Assembly: GCA_964016885.1 (NCBI GenBank)
Contig: OZ024761.1
Span: 7,750,001 to 7,814,000 of the forward strand
Direction of reading: 5' to 3'
Source of the DNA: Eledone cirrhosa
Taxonomy: Eukaryota
Length of the DNA: 64,000 nucleotides
Made by a program: the position numbers and the translations under genes. The notes under the pieces were generated by a model. The model did not search any database. It had not been told where the DNA came from and worked only from the letters and a program-made list of their open reading frames with translations. Shown here piece after piece: positions 31,101-43,100 of the stretch (its first letter is position 1; the number at the start of each line of letters is the position of its first letter).

Positions 31101-34100
31101 GTGTGTGCCAGTGTGTGTGCCAGTGTGTGTACTATTGTGTGTGCCAGTGTGTGTGCCAGTGTGTGTGCCAGTGTGTGTGCCAGTGTGTGTGCTAGTGTGT
31201 GTGCCAGTGTGTGTGCCAGTGTGTGTACTATTGTGTGTGCCAGTGTGTGTGCCAGTGTGTGTGCCAGTGTGTGTGCTAGTGTGTGTGCCAGTGTGTGTGC
31301 TAGTGTGTGTACTATTGTGTGTGCTAGTGTGTGTGCCAGTGTGTGTGCTAGTGTCTATGCCAGTGTGTGTGCCAGTGTGTGTGCCAGTGTGTGTGCCAGT
31401 GTGTGTGCTAGTGTGTGTGCCAGTGTGTGTGCCAGTGTGTGTGCCAGTGTATGTGCCAGTGTGTGTGCCAGTGTGTGTGCTAGTGTGTGTGTGCCAGTGT
31501 GTGTGCCAGTGTGTGTGCCAGTGTGTGTGCCAGTGTGTGTGCCAGTGTGTGTGCCAGTGTGTGTGCTAGTGTGTGTGTGCCAGTGTGTGTGCCAGTGTGT
31601 GTGCCAGTGTGTGTGCCAGTGTGTGTGCCAGTGTGTGTGCTAGTGTGTGTGCCAGTGTGTGTGCCAGTGTGTGTACTATTGTGTGTGCCAGTGTGTGTGC
31701 CAGTGTGTGTGCCAGTGTGTGTGCCAGTGTGTGCTAGTGTGTGTGCCAGTGTGTCTGCTAGTGTGTGTGCCAGTGTGTGTGCCAGTGTGTGTGCCAGTGT
31801 GTGTGCTAGTGTGTGTGTGCCAGTGTGTGTTCCAGTGTGTGTGCTAGTGTGTGTGCCAGTGTGTGTGCTAGTGTGTGTGCCAGTGTGTGCCAGTGTGTGT
31901 GCTAGTGTGTGTGCCAGTGTGTGCCAGTGTGTGTGCCAGTGTGTGTTCCAGTGTGAGTGTCAGTGTGTGTGCTAGTGTGTGTGTGCCAGTGTGTGTTGCA
32001 GTGTGTGTGCTAGTGTGTGTGCCAGTGTGTGTGCCAGTGTGTGTGCTAGTGTGTGTGCCAGTGTGTGTGCCAGTGTGTGTGCTAGTGTGTGTGCCAGTGT
32101 GTGTGCTAGTGTGTGTGCCAGTGTGTGTGCCAGTGTGTGTGCTAGTGTGTGTGCCAGTGTGTGTACTATTGTGTGTGCCAGTGTGTGTGCCAGTGTGTGT
32201 GCCAGTGTGTGTGCCAGTGTGTGTGCCAGTGTGTGTGCTAGTGTGTGTGTGCCAGTGTGTGTTGCAGTGTGTGTGCTAGTGTGTGTGCCAGTGTGTGTGC
32301 CAGTGTGTGTGCTAGTGTGTGTGCCAGTGTGTGTGCTAGTGTGTGTGCCAGTGTGTGTGCCAGTGTGTGTACTAGTGTGTGTGTGCCAGTGTGTGTTCCA
32401 GTGTGTGTGCTAGTGTGTGTGCCAGTGTGTGTGCTAGTGTGCGTGCCAGTGTGTCTGCTAGTGTGTGTTCCAGTGTGTGTGCCAGTGTGTGTGCTAGTGT
32501 GTGTGACAGTGTGTGTGCCAGTGTGTGTGCTAGTGTGTGTGCCAGTGTATGTGCCAGTGTGTGCTAGTGTGTGTGCCAGTGTGTGTGCCAGTGTGTGTGC
32601 CAGTGTGTGTGCCAGTGTGTGTGCCAGTGTATGTGCCAGTGTGTGCTAGTGTGTGTGCCAGTGTGTGTGCCAGTGTGTGTGCCAGTGTGTGTGCCAGTGT
32701 GTGTGCTAGTGTGTGTGCCAGTGTGTGTGCCAGTGTGTGTGCCAGTGTGTGTGCTAGTGTGTGTGTGCCAGTGTGTGTTCCAGTGTGTGTGCCAGTGTGT
32801 GTGCCAGTGTGTGTGCTAGTGTGTGTGCCAGTGTGTGTGCCAGTGTGTGTGCTAGTGTGTGTGCCAGTGTGTGTGCTAGTGTGTGTGCCAGTGTGTGTGC
32901 CAGTGTGTGTGCTAGTGTGTGTGCCAGTGTGTGTACTATTGTGTGTGCCAGTGTGTGTGCCAGTGTGTGTGCCAGTGTGTGCCAGTGTGTGTGCCAGTGT
33001 GTGTGCTAGTGTGTGTGTGCCAGTGTGTGTTGCAGTGTGTGTGCTAGTGTGTGTGCCAGTGTGTGTGCCAGTGTGTGTGCCAGTGTGTGTGCTAGTGTGT
33101 GTGCCAGTGTGTGTGCCAGTGTGTGTACTAGTGTGTGTGTGCCAGTGTGTGTTCCAGTGTGTGTGCTAGTGTGTGTGCCAGTGTGTGTGCTAGTGTGCGT
33201 GCCAGTGTGTCTGCTAGTGTGTGTTCCAGTGTGTGTGCCAGTGTGTGTGCTAGTGTGTGTGACAGTGTGTGTGCCAGTGTGTGTGCTAGTGTGTGTGCCA
33301 GTGTGTGTGCCAGTGTGTGTGCCAGTGTGTGTGCCAGTGTGTGTGCTAGTGTGTGTGCCAGTGTGTGTGCCAGTGTGTGTGCCAGTGTGTGTGCTAGTGT
33401 GTGTGTGCCAGTGTGTGTTCCAGTGTGTGTGCCAGTGTGTGTGCCAGTGTGTGTGCTAGTGTGTGTGCCAGTGTGTGTGCCAGTGTGTGTGCCAGTGTGT
33501 GTGCTAGTGTGTGTGCCAGTGTGTGCTAGTGTGTGTGCTAGTGTGTGCCAGTGTGTGTTCCAGTGTGAGTGTCATTGTGTGTGCTAGTGTGTGTGTGCCA
33601 GTGTGTGTTGCAGTGTGTGTGCTAGTGTGTGTGCCAGTGTGTGTGCCAGTGTGTGTGCTAGTGTGTGTGCCAGTGTGTGTGCCAGTGTGTGTGCTAGTGT
33701 GTGTGCCAGTGTGTGTGCTAGTGTGTGTGCTAGTGTGTGCCAGTGTGTGTGCTAGTGTGTGTGTGCCAGTGTGTGTTGCAGTGTGTGTGCTAGTGTGTGT
33801 GCCAGTGTGTGTGCCAGTGTGTGTGCTAGTGTGTGTGCCAGTGTGTGTGCTAGTGTGTGTGCCAGTGTGTGTGCCAGTGTGTGTACTAGTGTGTGTGCCA
33901 GTGTGTGTGCCAGTGTGTGTGCTAGTGTGTGTGCCAGTGTGTGTGCCAGTGTGTGCTAGTGTGTGTGTACTAGTGTGTGTGCCAGTGTGTGTGCCAGTGT
34001 GTGTGCCAGTGTGTGTGCTAGTGTGTGTGCCAGTGTGTGTTCCAGTGTGTGTGCTAGTGTGTGTGCCAGTGTGTGCCAGTGTGTGTGCTAGTGTGCGTGC

Positions 34101-37100
34101 CAGTGTGTCTGCTAGTGTGTGTGCTAGTGTATGTGCCAGTGTGTGTGCCAGTGTGTGTGCTAGTGTGTGTGCCAGTGTGTGTGCCAGTGTGTGTGCCAGT
34201 GTGTGTGCCAGTGTGTGTGCCAGTGTGTATGTGCCAGTGTGTGCTAGTGTGTGTGCCAGTGTGTGTGCTAGTGTGTGTGCCAGTGTGTGTGCCAGTGTGT
34301 ACTAGTGTGTGTGCTAGTGTGTGTGCGAGTGTGTGTGCCAGTGTGTGTGCTAGTGTGTGTGCCAGTGTATGTGCCAGTGTGTGTGCTAGTGTGTGTGCCA
34401 GTGTGTGCCAGTGTGTGTGCCAGTGTGTGTGCTAGTGTGTGTACTATTGTATGTGCTAGTGTGTGTGCCAGTGTGTGTTCCAGTGTGTGTGCTAGTGTGT
34501 GTGCCAGTGTGTGCCAGTGTGTGTGCCAGTGTGTGTGCTAGTGTGTGTGCCAGTGTGTGTGCCAGTGTATGTGCTAGTGTGTGTGCCAGTGTGTGTTCCA
34601 GTGTGTGTGCTAGTGTGTGTGCCAGTGTGTGTGCTAGTGTGTGTGCCAGTGTGTGTGCCAGTGTATGTGCTAGTGTGTGTGCCAGTGTGTGTGCCAGTGT
34701 ATGTGCTAGTGTGTATGCCAGTGTGTGTGCCAGTGTGTGTGCTAGTGTGTGTGCCAGTGTGTGTGCCAGTGTATGTGCCAGTGTGTGTGCCAGTGTGTGT
34801 GCTAGTGTGTGCCAGTGTGTGTGCCAGTTTGTGTGCCAGTGTGTGTGCTAGTGTGTGTGCTAGTGTGTGCTAGTGTGTGTTCCAGTGTGTGTGCTAGTGT
34901 GTGTGTGCCAGTGTGTGTTGCAGTGTGTGTGCTAGTGTGTGTGCCAGTGTGTGTGCCAGTGTGTGTGCTAGTGTGTGTGCTAGTGTGTGTGCTAGTGTGT
35001 GTGCCAGTGTGTGCCAGTGTGTGTGCCAGTGTGTGTGCTAGTGTGTGTGTGCCAGTGTGTGTTCCAGTGTGTGTGCTAGTGTGTGTGCCAGTGTGTGTGC
35101 TAGTGTGTGTGCCAGTGTGTGTGCCAGTGTATGTGCTAGTGTGTGTGCCAGTGTGTGTTCCAGTGTGTGTGCTAGTGTGTGTGCCAGTGTGTGTGCTAGT
35201 GTGTGTGCCAGTGTGTGTGCCAGTGTATGTGCTAGTGTGTGTGCCAGTGTGTGTGCCAGTGTATGTACTAGTGTGTATGCCAGTGTGTGTGCCAGTGTGT
35301 GTGCTAGTGTGTGTGCCAGTGTGTGTGCCAGTGTATGTGCCAGTGTGTGTGCTAGTGTGTGTGCCAGTGTGTGTGCTAGTGTGTGTGCCAGTGTGTGTGC
35401 CAGTGTGTGTGCCAGTGTATGTGCCAGTGTGTGTGCCAGTGTGTGTGCCAGTGTGTGTGCTAGTGTGTGTGCCAGTGTGTGTGCCAGTGTGTGTGTGCCA
35501 GTGTGTGTGCCAGTGTGTGTGCCAGTGTGTGTGCCAGTGTGTGTGCCAGTGTGTGTGCTAGTGTGTGTGCCAGTGTGTGTACTAGTGTGTGTGTGCTAGT
35601 GTGTGTGCCAGTGTGTGTGCCAGTGTGTGTGCCAGTGTATGTGCCAGTGTGTATGCCAGTGTGTGTGCCAGTGTGTGTGCTAGTGTGTGTGCTAGTGTGT
35701 GTGCCAGTGTGTGTGCCAGTGTGTGTGCTAGTGTGTGTGCCAGTGTGTGTGCCAGTGTATGTGCCAGTGTGTGCTAGTGTGTGTGCCAGTGTGTGTGCCA
35801 GTGTGTGTTCCAGTGTGTGTGCTAGTGTGTGTGCCAGTGTGTGTACTATTGTGTGTGCTAGTGTGTGTGCCACTGTGTGTGCTAGTGTGTATGTGCCAGT
35901 GTGTGTGCCAGTGTGTGTGCTAGTGTGTGTGCCAGTGTGTGTGCCAGTGTGTGTGCCAGTGTGTGTACTATTGTGTGTGCTAGTGTGTGTGCCAGTGTGT
36001 GTGCCAGTGTGTGTACTATTGTGTGTGCCAGTGTGTGTGCCAGTGTGTGTGCTAGTGTGTGTGCCAGTGTGTGTACTATTGTGTGTGCCAGTGTGTGTGC
36101 CAGTGTGTGTGCCAGTGTGTGTGCCAGTGTGTGTGCCAGTGTGTGTGCTAGTGTGTGTGCCAGTGTGTGTACTAGTGTGTGTGTGCTAGTGTGTGTGCCA
36201 GTGTGTGTGCCAGTGTGTGTGCCAGTGTATGTGCCAGTGTGTATGCCAGTGTGTGTGCCAGTGTGTGTGCTAGTGTGTGTGCCAGTGTGTGTGCCAGTGT
36301 GTGTGCTAGTGTGTGTGCCAGTGTGTGTGCCAGTGTATGTGCCAGTGTGTGCTAGTGTGTGTGCCAGTGTGTGTGCCAGTGTGTGTTCCAGTGTGTGTGC
36401 TAGTGTGTGTGCCAGTGTGTGTCCTATTGTGTGTGCTAGTGTGTGTGCCACTGTGTGTGCTAGTGTGTGTGCCAGTGTGTGTGCTAGTGTGTGTGCCAGT
36501 GTGTGTGCCAGTGTGTGTGCCAGTGTGTGTACTATTGTGTGTGCTAGTGTGTGTGCCAGTGTGTGTGCCAGTGTGTGTACTATTGTGTGTGCCAGTGTGT
36601 GTGCTAGTGTGTGTGCCAGTGTGTGTGCTAGTGTATGTGCCAGTGTGTGCTAGTGTGTGTGCCAGTGTGTGTGCCAGTGTGTGTGCCAGTGTGTGTGCCA
36701 GTGTGTGTGCCAGTGTGTGTGCTAGTGTGTGTGCGAGTGTGTGTGCGAGTGTGTGTGCTAGTGTGTGTGCCAGTGTGTGTGCCAGTGTGTGTGCCAGTGT
36801 ATGTGCCAGTGTGTGCTAGTGTGTGTGCCAGTGTGTGTGCCAGTGTGTGTTCCAGTGTGTGTGCTAGTGTGTGTGCCAGTGTGTGTACTATTGTGTGTGC
36901 TAGTGTGTGTGCCAGTGTGTGTGCTAGTGTGTGTGCTAGAGTGTATGTGCCAGTGTGTGCCAGTGTGTGTGCTAGTGTGTGTGCCAGTGTGTGTGCTAGT
37001 GTGTGTGCCAGTGTGTGTGCCAGTGTGTGTGCCAGTGTGTGTGCTAGTGTATGTGCCAGTGTGTGCTAGTGTGTGTGCCAGTGTGTGTGCCAGTGTGTGT

Positions 37101-40100
37101 GCCAGTGTGTGTGCCAGTGTGTGTGCCAGTGTGTGTGCCAGTGTGTGTGCCAGTGTGTGTGCCAGTGTGTGTGCCAGTGTGTGTGCCAGTGTGTGTGCCA
37201 GTGTGTGTGCCAGTGTGTGTGCCAGTGTATGTGCCAGTGTGTGTGCCAGTGTGTGTGCTAGTGTGTGTGCCAGTGTGTGTGCTAGTGTATGTGCCAGTGT
37301 GTGCTAGTGTGTGTGCCAGTGTGTGTGCCAGTGTGTGTGCCAGTGTATGTGCCAGTGTGTGTGCCAGTGTGTGTGCTAGTGTGTGTGCCAGTGTGTGTGC
37401 CAGTGTGTGTGCCAGTGTGTGTGCCAGTGTATGTGCCAGTGTGAAGTGCCAGTGTGTGTGCCAGTGTGTGTGCTAGTGTGTGTGCCAGTGTGTGCTAGTG
37501 TGTGTGCCAGTGTGTGTGCTAGTGTGTGTGCCAGTGTGTGTGCCAGTGTGTGTGCTAGTGTGTGTGCCAGTGTATGTGCCAGTGTGTGCTAGTGTGTGTG
37601 CCAGTGTGTGTGCCAGTGTGTGTGCCAGTGTGTGTGCCAGTGTATGTGCCAGTGTGAAGTGCCAGTGTGTGTGCCAGTGTGTGTGCTAGAGTGTATGTGC
37701 CAGTGTGTGTGCCAGTGTGTGTGCTAGTGTATGTGCCAGTGTGTGTGCTAGTGTGTGTACTATTGTGTGTGCCAGTGTGTGTGCCAGTGTGTGTACTATT
37801 GTGTGTGCCAGTGTGTGTGCTAGTGTGTGTGCTAGTGTATGTGCCAGTGTGTGTGCCAGTGTGTGTGCTAGTGTGTGTGTGCCAGTGTGTGTGCTAGTGT
37901 ATGTGCCAGTGTGTGTGCCAGTGTGTGTGCTAGTGTGTGTTCCAGTGTGTGTGCCAGTGTGTGTGCTAGTGTGTGTGCCAGTGTGTGTGCCAGTGTGTGT
38001 ACTATTGTGTGTGCTAGTGTGTGTGCCAGTGTGTGTGCCAGTGTGTGTGCTAGTGTGTGTGTGCCAGTGTGTGTACTATTGTGTGTGCTAGTGTGTGTGC
38101 CAGTGTGTGTGCCAGTGTGTGTGCTAGTGTGTGTGTGCCAGTGTGTGTACTATTTTGTGTGCCAGTGTGTGTGCCAGTGTGTGTGCTAATGTGTGTGCCA
38201 GTGTGTGTGCCAGTGTGTGTGCTAATGTGTGTGCCAGTGTGTGTGCCAGTGTGTGTGCCAGTGTGTGTGCCAGTGTGTGTGCCAGTGTATGTGCCAGTGT
38301 GTGTGCCAGTGTGTGTACTATTGTGTGTGCCAGTGTGTGTGCCAGTGTGTGTGCTAATGTGTGTGCCAGTGTGTGTGCCAGTGTGTGTGCTAGTGTGTGT
38401 GCCAGTGTGTGTGCCAGTGTGTGTACTATTGTGTGTGCTAGTGTGTGTGCCAGTGTGTGTGCCAGTGTGTGTGCTAGTGTGTGTGTGCCAGTGTGTGTGC
38501 GAGTGTGTGTGCCAGTGTGTGTTCCAGTGTGTGTGCCAGTGTGTGTGCCAGTGTGTGTGCCAGTGTGTGTGCTAGTGTGTGTGCCAGTGTGTGTGCTAGT
38601 GTGTGTGCCAGTGTGTGTGCCAGTGTGTGTGCCAGTGTGTGTGCTAGTGTGTGTGTGCCAGTGTGTGTTCCAGTGTGTGTGCTAGTCTGTGTGCTAGTGT
38701 GTGTGCCAGTGTGTGTGCTAGTGTGTGTGCCAGTGTGTGTGCCAGTGTGTGTGCTAGTGTGTGTGCCAGTGTGTGTGCCAGTGTGTGTGCCAGTGTGTGT
38801 GCTAGTGTGTGTGTGCCAGTGTGTGTTCCAGTGTGTGTGCCAGTGTGTGTGCTAGTGTGTGTGCCAGTGTGTGTGCTAGTGTGTGTGCCAGTGTGTGTGC
38901 CAGTGTGTGTGCCAGTGTGTGTGCTAGTGTGTGTGCTAGTGTGTGCTAGTGTGTGTTCCAGTGTGTGTGCTAGTGTGTGTGCTAGTGTGTGTGCCAGTGT
39001 GTGTGCTAGTGTGTGTGCCAGTGTGTGTGCCAGTGTGTGTGCCAGTGTGTGTGCTAGTGTGTGTGTGCCAGTGTGTGTTCCAGTGTGTGTGCTAGTCTGT
39101 GTGCTAGTGTGTGTGCCAGTGTGTGTGCTAGTGTGTGTGCCAGTGTGTGTGCCAGTGTGTGTGCTAGTGTGTGTGCCAGTGTGTGTGCCAGTGTGTGTGC
39201 CAGTGTGTGTGCTAGTGTGTGTGTGCCAGTGTGTGTTCCAGTGTGTGTGCCAGTGTGTGTGCTAGTGTGTGTGCCAGTGTGTGTGCTAGTGTGTGTGCTA
39301 GTGTGTGTGCCAGTGTGTGTGCTAGTGTGTGTGCCAGTGTGTGTGCCAGTGTGTGTGCCAGTGTGTGTGCTAGTGTGTGTGTGCCAGTGTGTGTTCCAGT
39401 GTGTGTGCTAGTCTGTGTGCTAGTGTGTGTGCCAGTGTGTGTGCTAGTGTGTGTGCCAGTGTGTGTGCCAGTGTGTGTGCTAGTGTGTGTGCCAGTGTGT
39501 GTGCCAGTGTGTGTGCCAGTGTGTGTGCTAGTGTGTGTGTGCCAGTGTGTGTTCCAGTGTGTGTGCCAGTGTGTGTGCTAGTGTGTGTGCCAGTGTGTGT
39601 GCTAGTGTGTGTGCCAGTGTGTGTGCCAGTGTGTGTGCCAGTGTGTGTGCTAGTGTGTGTGCCAGTGTGTGTGCCATTGTGTGTGCCAGTGTGTGTGCCA
39701 GTGTGTGTGCCAGTGTGTGTGCTAGTGTGTGTGCCAGTGTGTGTGCTAGTGTGTGTGCCAGTGTGTGTGCTAGTGTGTGTGCCAGTGTGTGTGCTAGTGT
39801 GTGTGCCAGTGTGTGTGCTAGTGTGTGTGCCAGTGTGTGTGTCAGTGTGTGTGCCAGTGTGTGTGTCAGTGTGTGTGCCAGTGTGTGTGCCAGTGTGTGT
39901 GCCAGTGTGTGTGCCAGTTTGTGTGCCAGTGTGTGTGCCAGTGTGTGTGCCAGTGTGTGTGCTAGTGTGTGTGCCAGTGTGTGTGCCAGTGTGTGTGCCA
40001 GTGTGTGTGCTAGTGTGTGTGCTAGTGTGTGTGCCAGTGTGTGTGCTAGTGTGTGTGCCAGTGTGTTCCAGTGTGTGTGCTAGTGTGTGTGCCAGTGTGT

Positions 40101-43100
40101 GTACTATTGTGTGTGCTAGTGTGTGTGCCACTGTATGTGCTAGTGTGTGTGCTAGTGTGTATGTGCCAGTGTGTGTGCCAGTGTGTGTGCTAGTGTGTGT
40201 GCCAGTGTGTGTGCTAGTGTGTGTGCCAGTGTGTGTGCCAGTGTGTACTAGTGTGTGTGCCAGTGTGTGTGCGAGTGTGTGTGCCAGTGTGTGTGCTAGT
40301 GTATGTGCCAGTGTGTGCTAGTGTGTGTGCCAGTGTGTGTGCCAGTGTGTGTGCCAGTGTGTGTGCCAGTGTGTGTGCCAGTGTGTGTGCCAGTGTGTGC
40401 TAGTGTGTGTGCGAGTGTGTGTGCCAGTGTGTGTGCTAGTGTGTGTGCCAGTGTGTGTGCCAGTGTGTGTGCCAGTGTATGTGCCAGTGTGTGCTAGTGT
40501 GTGTGCCAGTGTGTGTGCCAGTGTGTGTTCCAGTGTGTGTACTATTGTGTGTACTATTGTGTGTGCTAGTGTGTGTGCCAGTGTGTGTGCCAGTGTGTGT
40601 GCCAGTGTGTGTGCCAGTGTGTGTGCCAGTGTGTGTGCCAGTGTGTGTGCCAGTGTATGTGCCAGTGTGTGTGCCAGTGTGTGTACTATTGTGTGTGCTA
40701 GTGTGTGTGCCAGTGTGTGTGCCAGTGTGTGTGCCAGTGTGTGTGCCAGTGTGTGTGCTAGTGTGTGTGCCAGTGTGTGTGCCAGTGTGTGTGCCAGTGT
40801 GTGTGCTAGTGTATGTGCCAGTGTGTGTGCCAGTGTGTGTGCTAGTGTGTGTGCCAGTGTGTGTGCCAGTGTGTGTGCTAGTGTATGTGCTAGTGTGTGT
40901 GCCAGTGTGTTTGCCAGTGTGTGTGCCAGTGTGTGTACTATTGTGTGTGCCAGTGTGTGTGCCAGTGTGTGTGCTAGTGTGTGTGCCAGTGTGTGTGCTA
41001 GTGTGTGTGCTAGTGTGTGTGCCAGTGTGTGTGCTAGTGTGTGTGTGCCAGTGTGTGTGCCAGTGTGTGTGCTAGTGTGTGTGCCAGTGTGTGCCAGTGT
41101 GTGTGCCAGTGTGTGTGCCAGTGTGTGTGCCAGTGTGTGTGCCAGTGTGTGTACTATTGTGTGTGCCAGTGTGTGTGCCAGTGTGTGTGCCAGTGTGTGT
41201 GCTAGTGTGTGTGCTAGTGTGTGTGCCAGTGTGTGCCAGTGTGTGTGCCAGTGTGTGTGCTAGTGTGTGTGTGCCAGTGTGTGTTCCAGTTTATGTGCTA
41301 GTGTGTGTGCCAGTGTGTGTGCCAGTGTGTGTGCTAGTGTGTGTGCCAGTGTGTGTACTATTGTGTGTGCTAGTGTGTGTGCCAGTGTGTGTGCCAGTGT
41401 GTGTGCTAGTGTGTGTGTGCCAGTGTGTGTGCGAGTGTGTGTGCGAGTGTGTGTGCTAGTGTGTGTGTGCCAGTGTGTGTTCCAGTGTGTGTGCCAGTGT
41501 GTGTGCCAGTGTGTGTGCTAGTGTGTGTGCCAGTGTGTGTGCTAGTGTGTGTGCCAGTGTGTGTGCCAGTGTGTGTGCTAGTGTGTGTGTGCCAGTGTGT
41601 GTTCCAGTGTGTGTGCCAGTGTGTGTGCCAGTGTGTGTGCTAGTGTGTGTGCCAGTGTGTGTGCTAGTGTGTGTGCCAGTGTGTGTGCCAGTGTGTGTGC
41701 CAGTGTGTGTGCTAGTGTGTGCTAGTGTGTGTGCCAATGTGTGTGCCAGTGTGTGTGCCAGTGTGTGTGCTCGTGTGTGTGCTAGTGTGTGCTAGTGTGT
41801 GTGCCAGTGTGTGTGCTAGTGTGTGTGTGCCAGTGTGTGTTGCAGTGTGTGTGCTAGTGTGTGTGCCAGTGTGTGTGCCAGTGTGTGTGCTAGTGTGTGT
41901 GTGCCAGTGTGTGTTCCAGTGTGTGTGCCAGTGTGTGTGCTAGTGTGTGTGCCAGTGTGTGTGCCAGTGTGTGTGCTAGTGTGTGTGTGCCAGTGTGTGT
42001 TCCAGTGTATGTGCTAGTGTGTGTGCCAGTGTGTGTGCCAGTGTGTGTGCTAGTGTGTGTGCCAGTGTGTGTGCTAGTGTGTGTTCCAGTGTGTGTGCCA
42101 GTGTGTGTGCCAGTGTGTGTACTATTGTGTGTGCTAGTGTGTGTGCCAGTGTGTGTGCCAGTGTGTGTGCTAGTGTGAGTGTGCCACTGTGTGTGCGAGT
42201 GTGTGTGCCAGTGTGTGTGCTAGTGTGTGTGTGCCAGTGTGTGTTCCAGTGTGTGTGCTAGTGTGTGTGCCAGTGTGTGTGCTAGTGTGTGTGCTAGTGT
42301 GTGCTAGTGTGTGTTCCAGTGTGTGTGCCAGTGTGTGTGCCAGTGTGTGTGCCAGTGTGTGTGTGCCAGTGTGTGTTCCAGTGTGTGTGCTAGTGTGTGT
42401 GCCAATGTGTGTGCCAGTGTGTGTGGTAGTGTGTGTGCCAGTGTGTGTGCTAGTGTGTGTGCTAGTGTGTGCTAGTGTGTGTTCCAGTGTGTGTGCCAGT
42501 GTGTGTGCTAGTGTGTGTGTGCCAGTGTGTGTTGCAGTGTGTGTGCTAGTGTGTGTGCCAGTGTGTGTGCCAGTGTGTGTGCTAGTGTGTGTGCCAGTGT
42601 GTGTGCTAGTGTGTGTGCTAGTGTGTGTGCCAGTGTGTGCCAGTGTGTGTGCCAGTGTGTGTGCTAGTGTGTGTGTGCCAGTGTGTGTTCCAGTGTGTGT
42701 GCTAGTGTGTGTGCCAGTGTGTGTGTCAGTGTGTGTGCTAGTGTGTGTGCCAGTGTGTGTGCCAGTGTGTGTGCCAGTGTGTGTGCCAGTGTGTGTGCCA
42801 GTGTGTGTGCCAGTGTGTGTGCCAGTGTGTGTGCCAGTGTGTGTGCCAGTGTGTGTGCCAGTGTGTGTGCCAGTGTGTGTGCCAGTGTGTGTGCCAGAGT
42901 GTGTACTATTGTGTGTGCTAGTGTGTGTGCCAGTGTGTGCCAGTGTGTGTGCTAGTGTGTGTGCTAGTGTGTGTGCCAGTGTGTGCCAGTGTGTGTGCCA
43001 GTGTGTGTGCCAGTGTGTGTGTCAGTGTGTGTGCTAGTGTGTGTGCCAGTGTGTGCCAGTGTGTGTGCCAGTGTGTGTGCTAGTGTGTGTGTGCCAGTGT

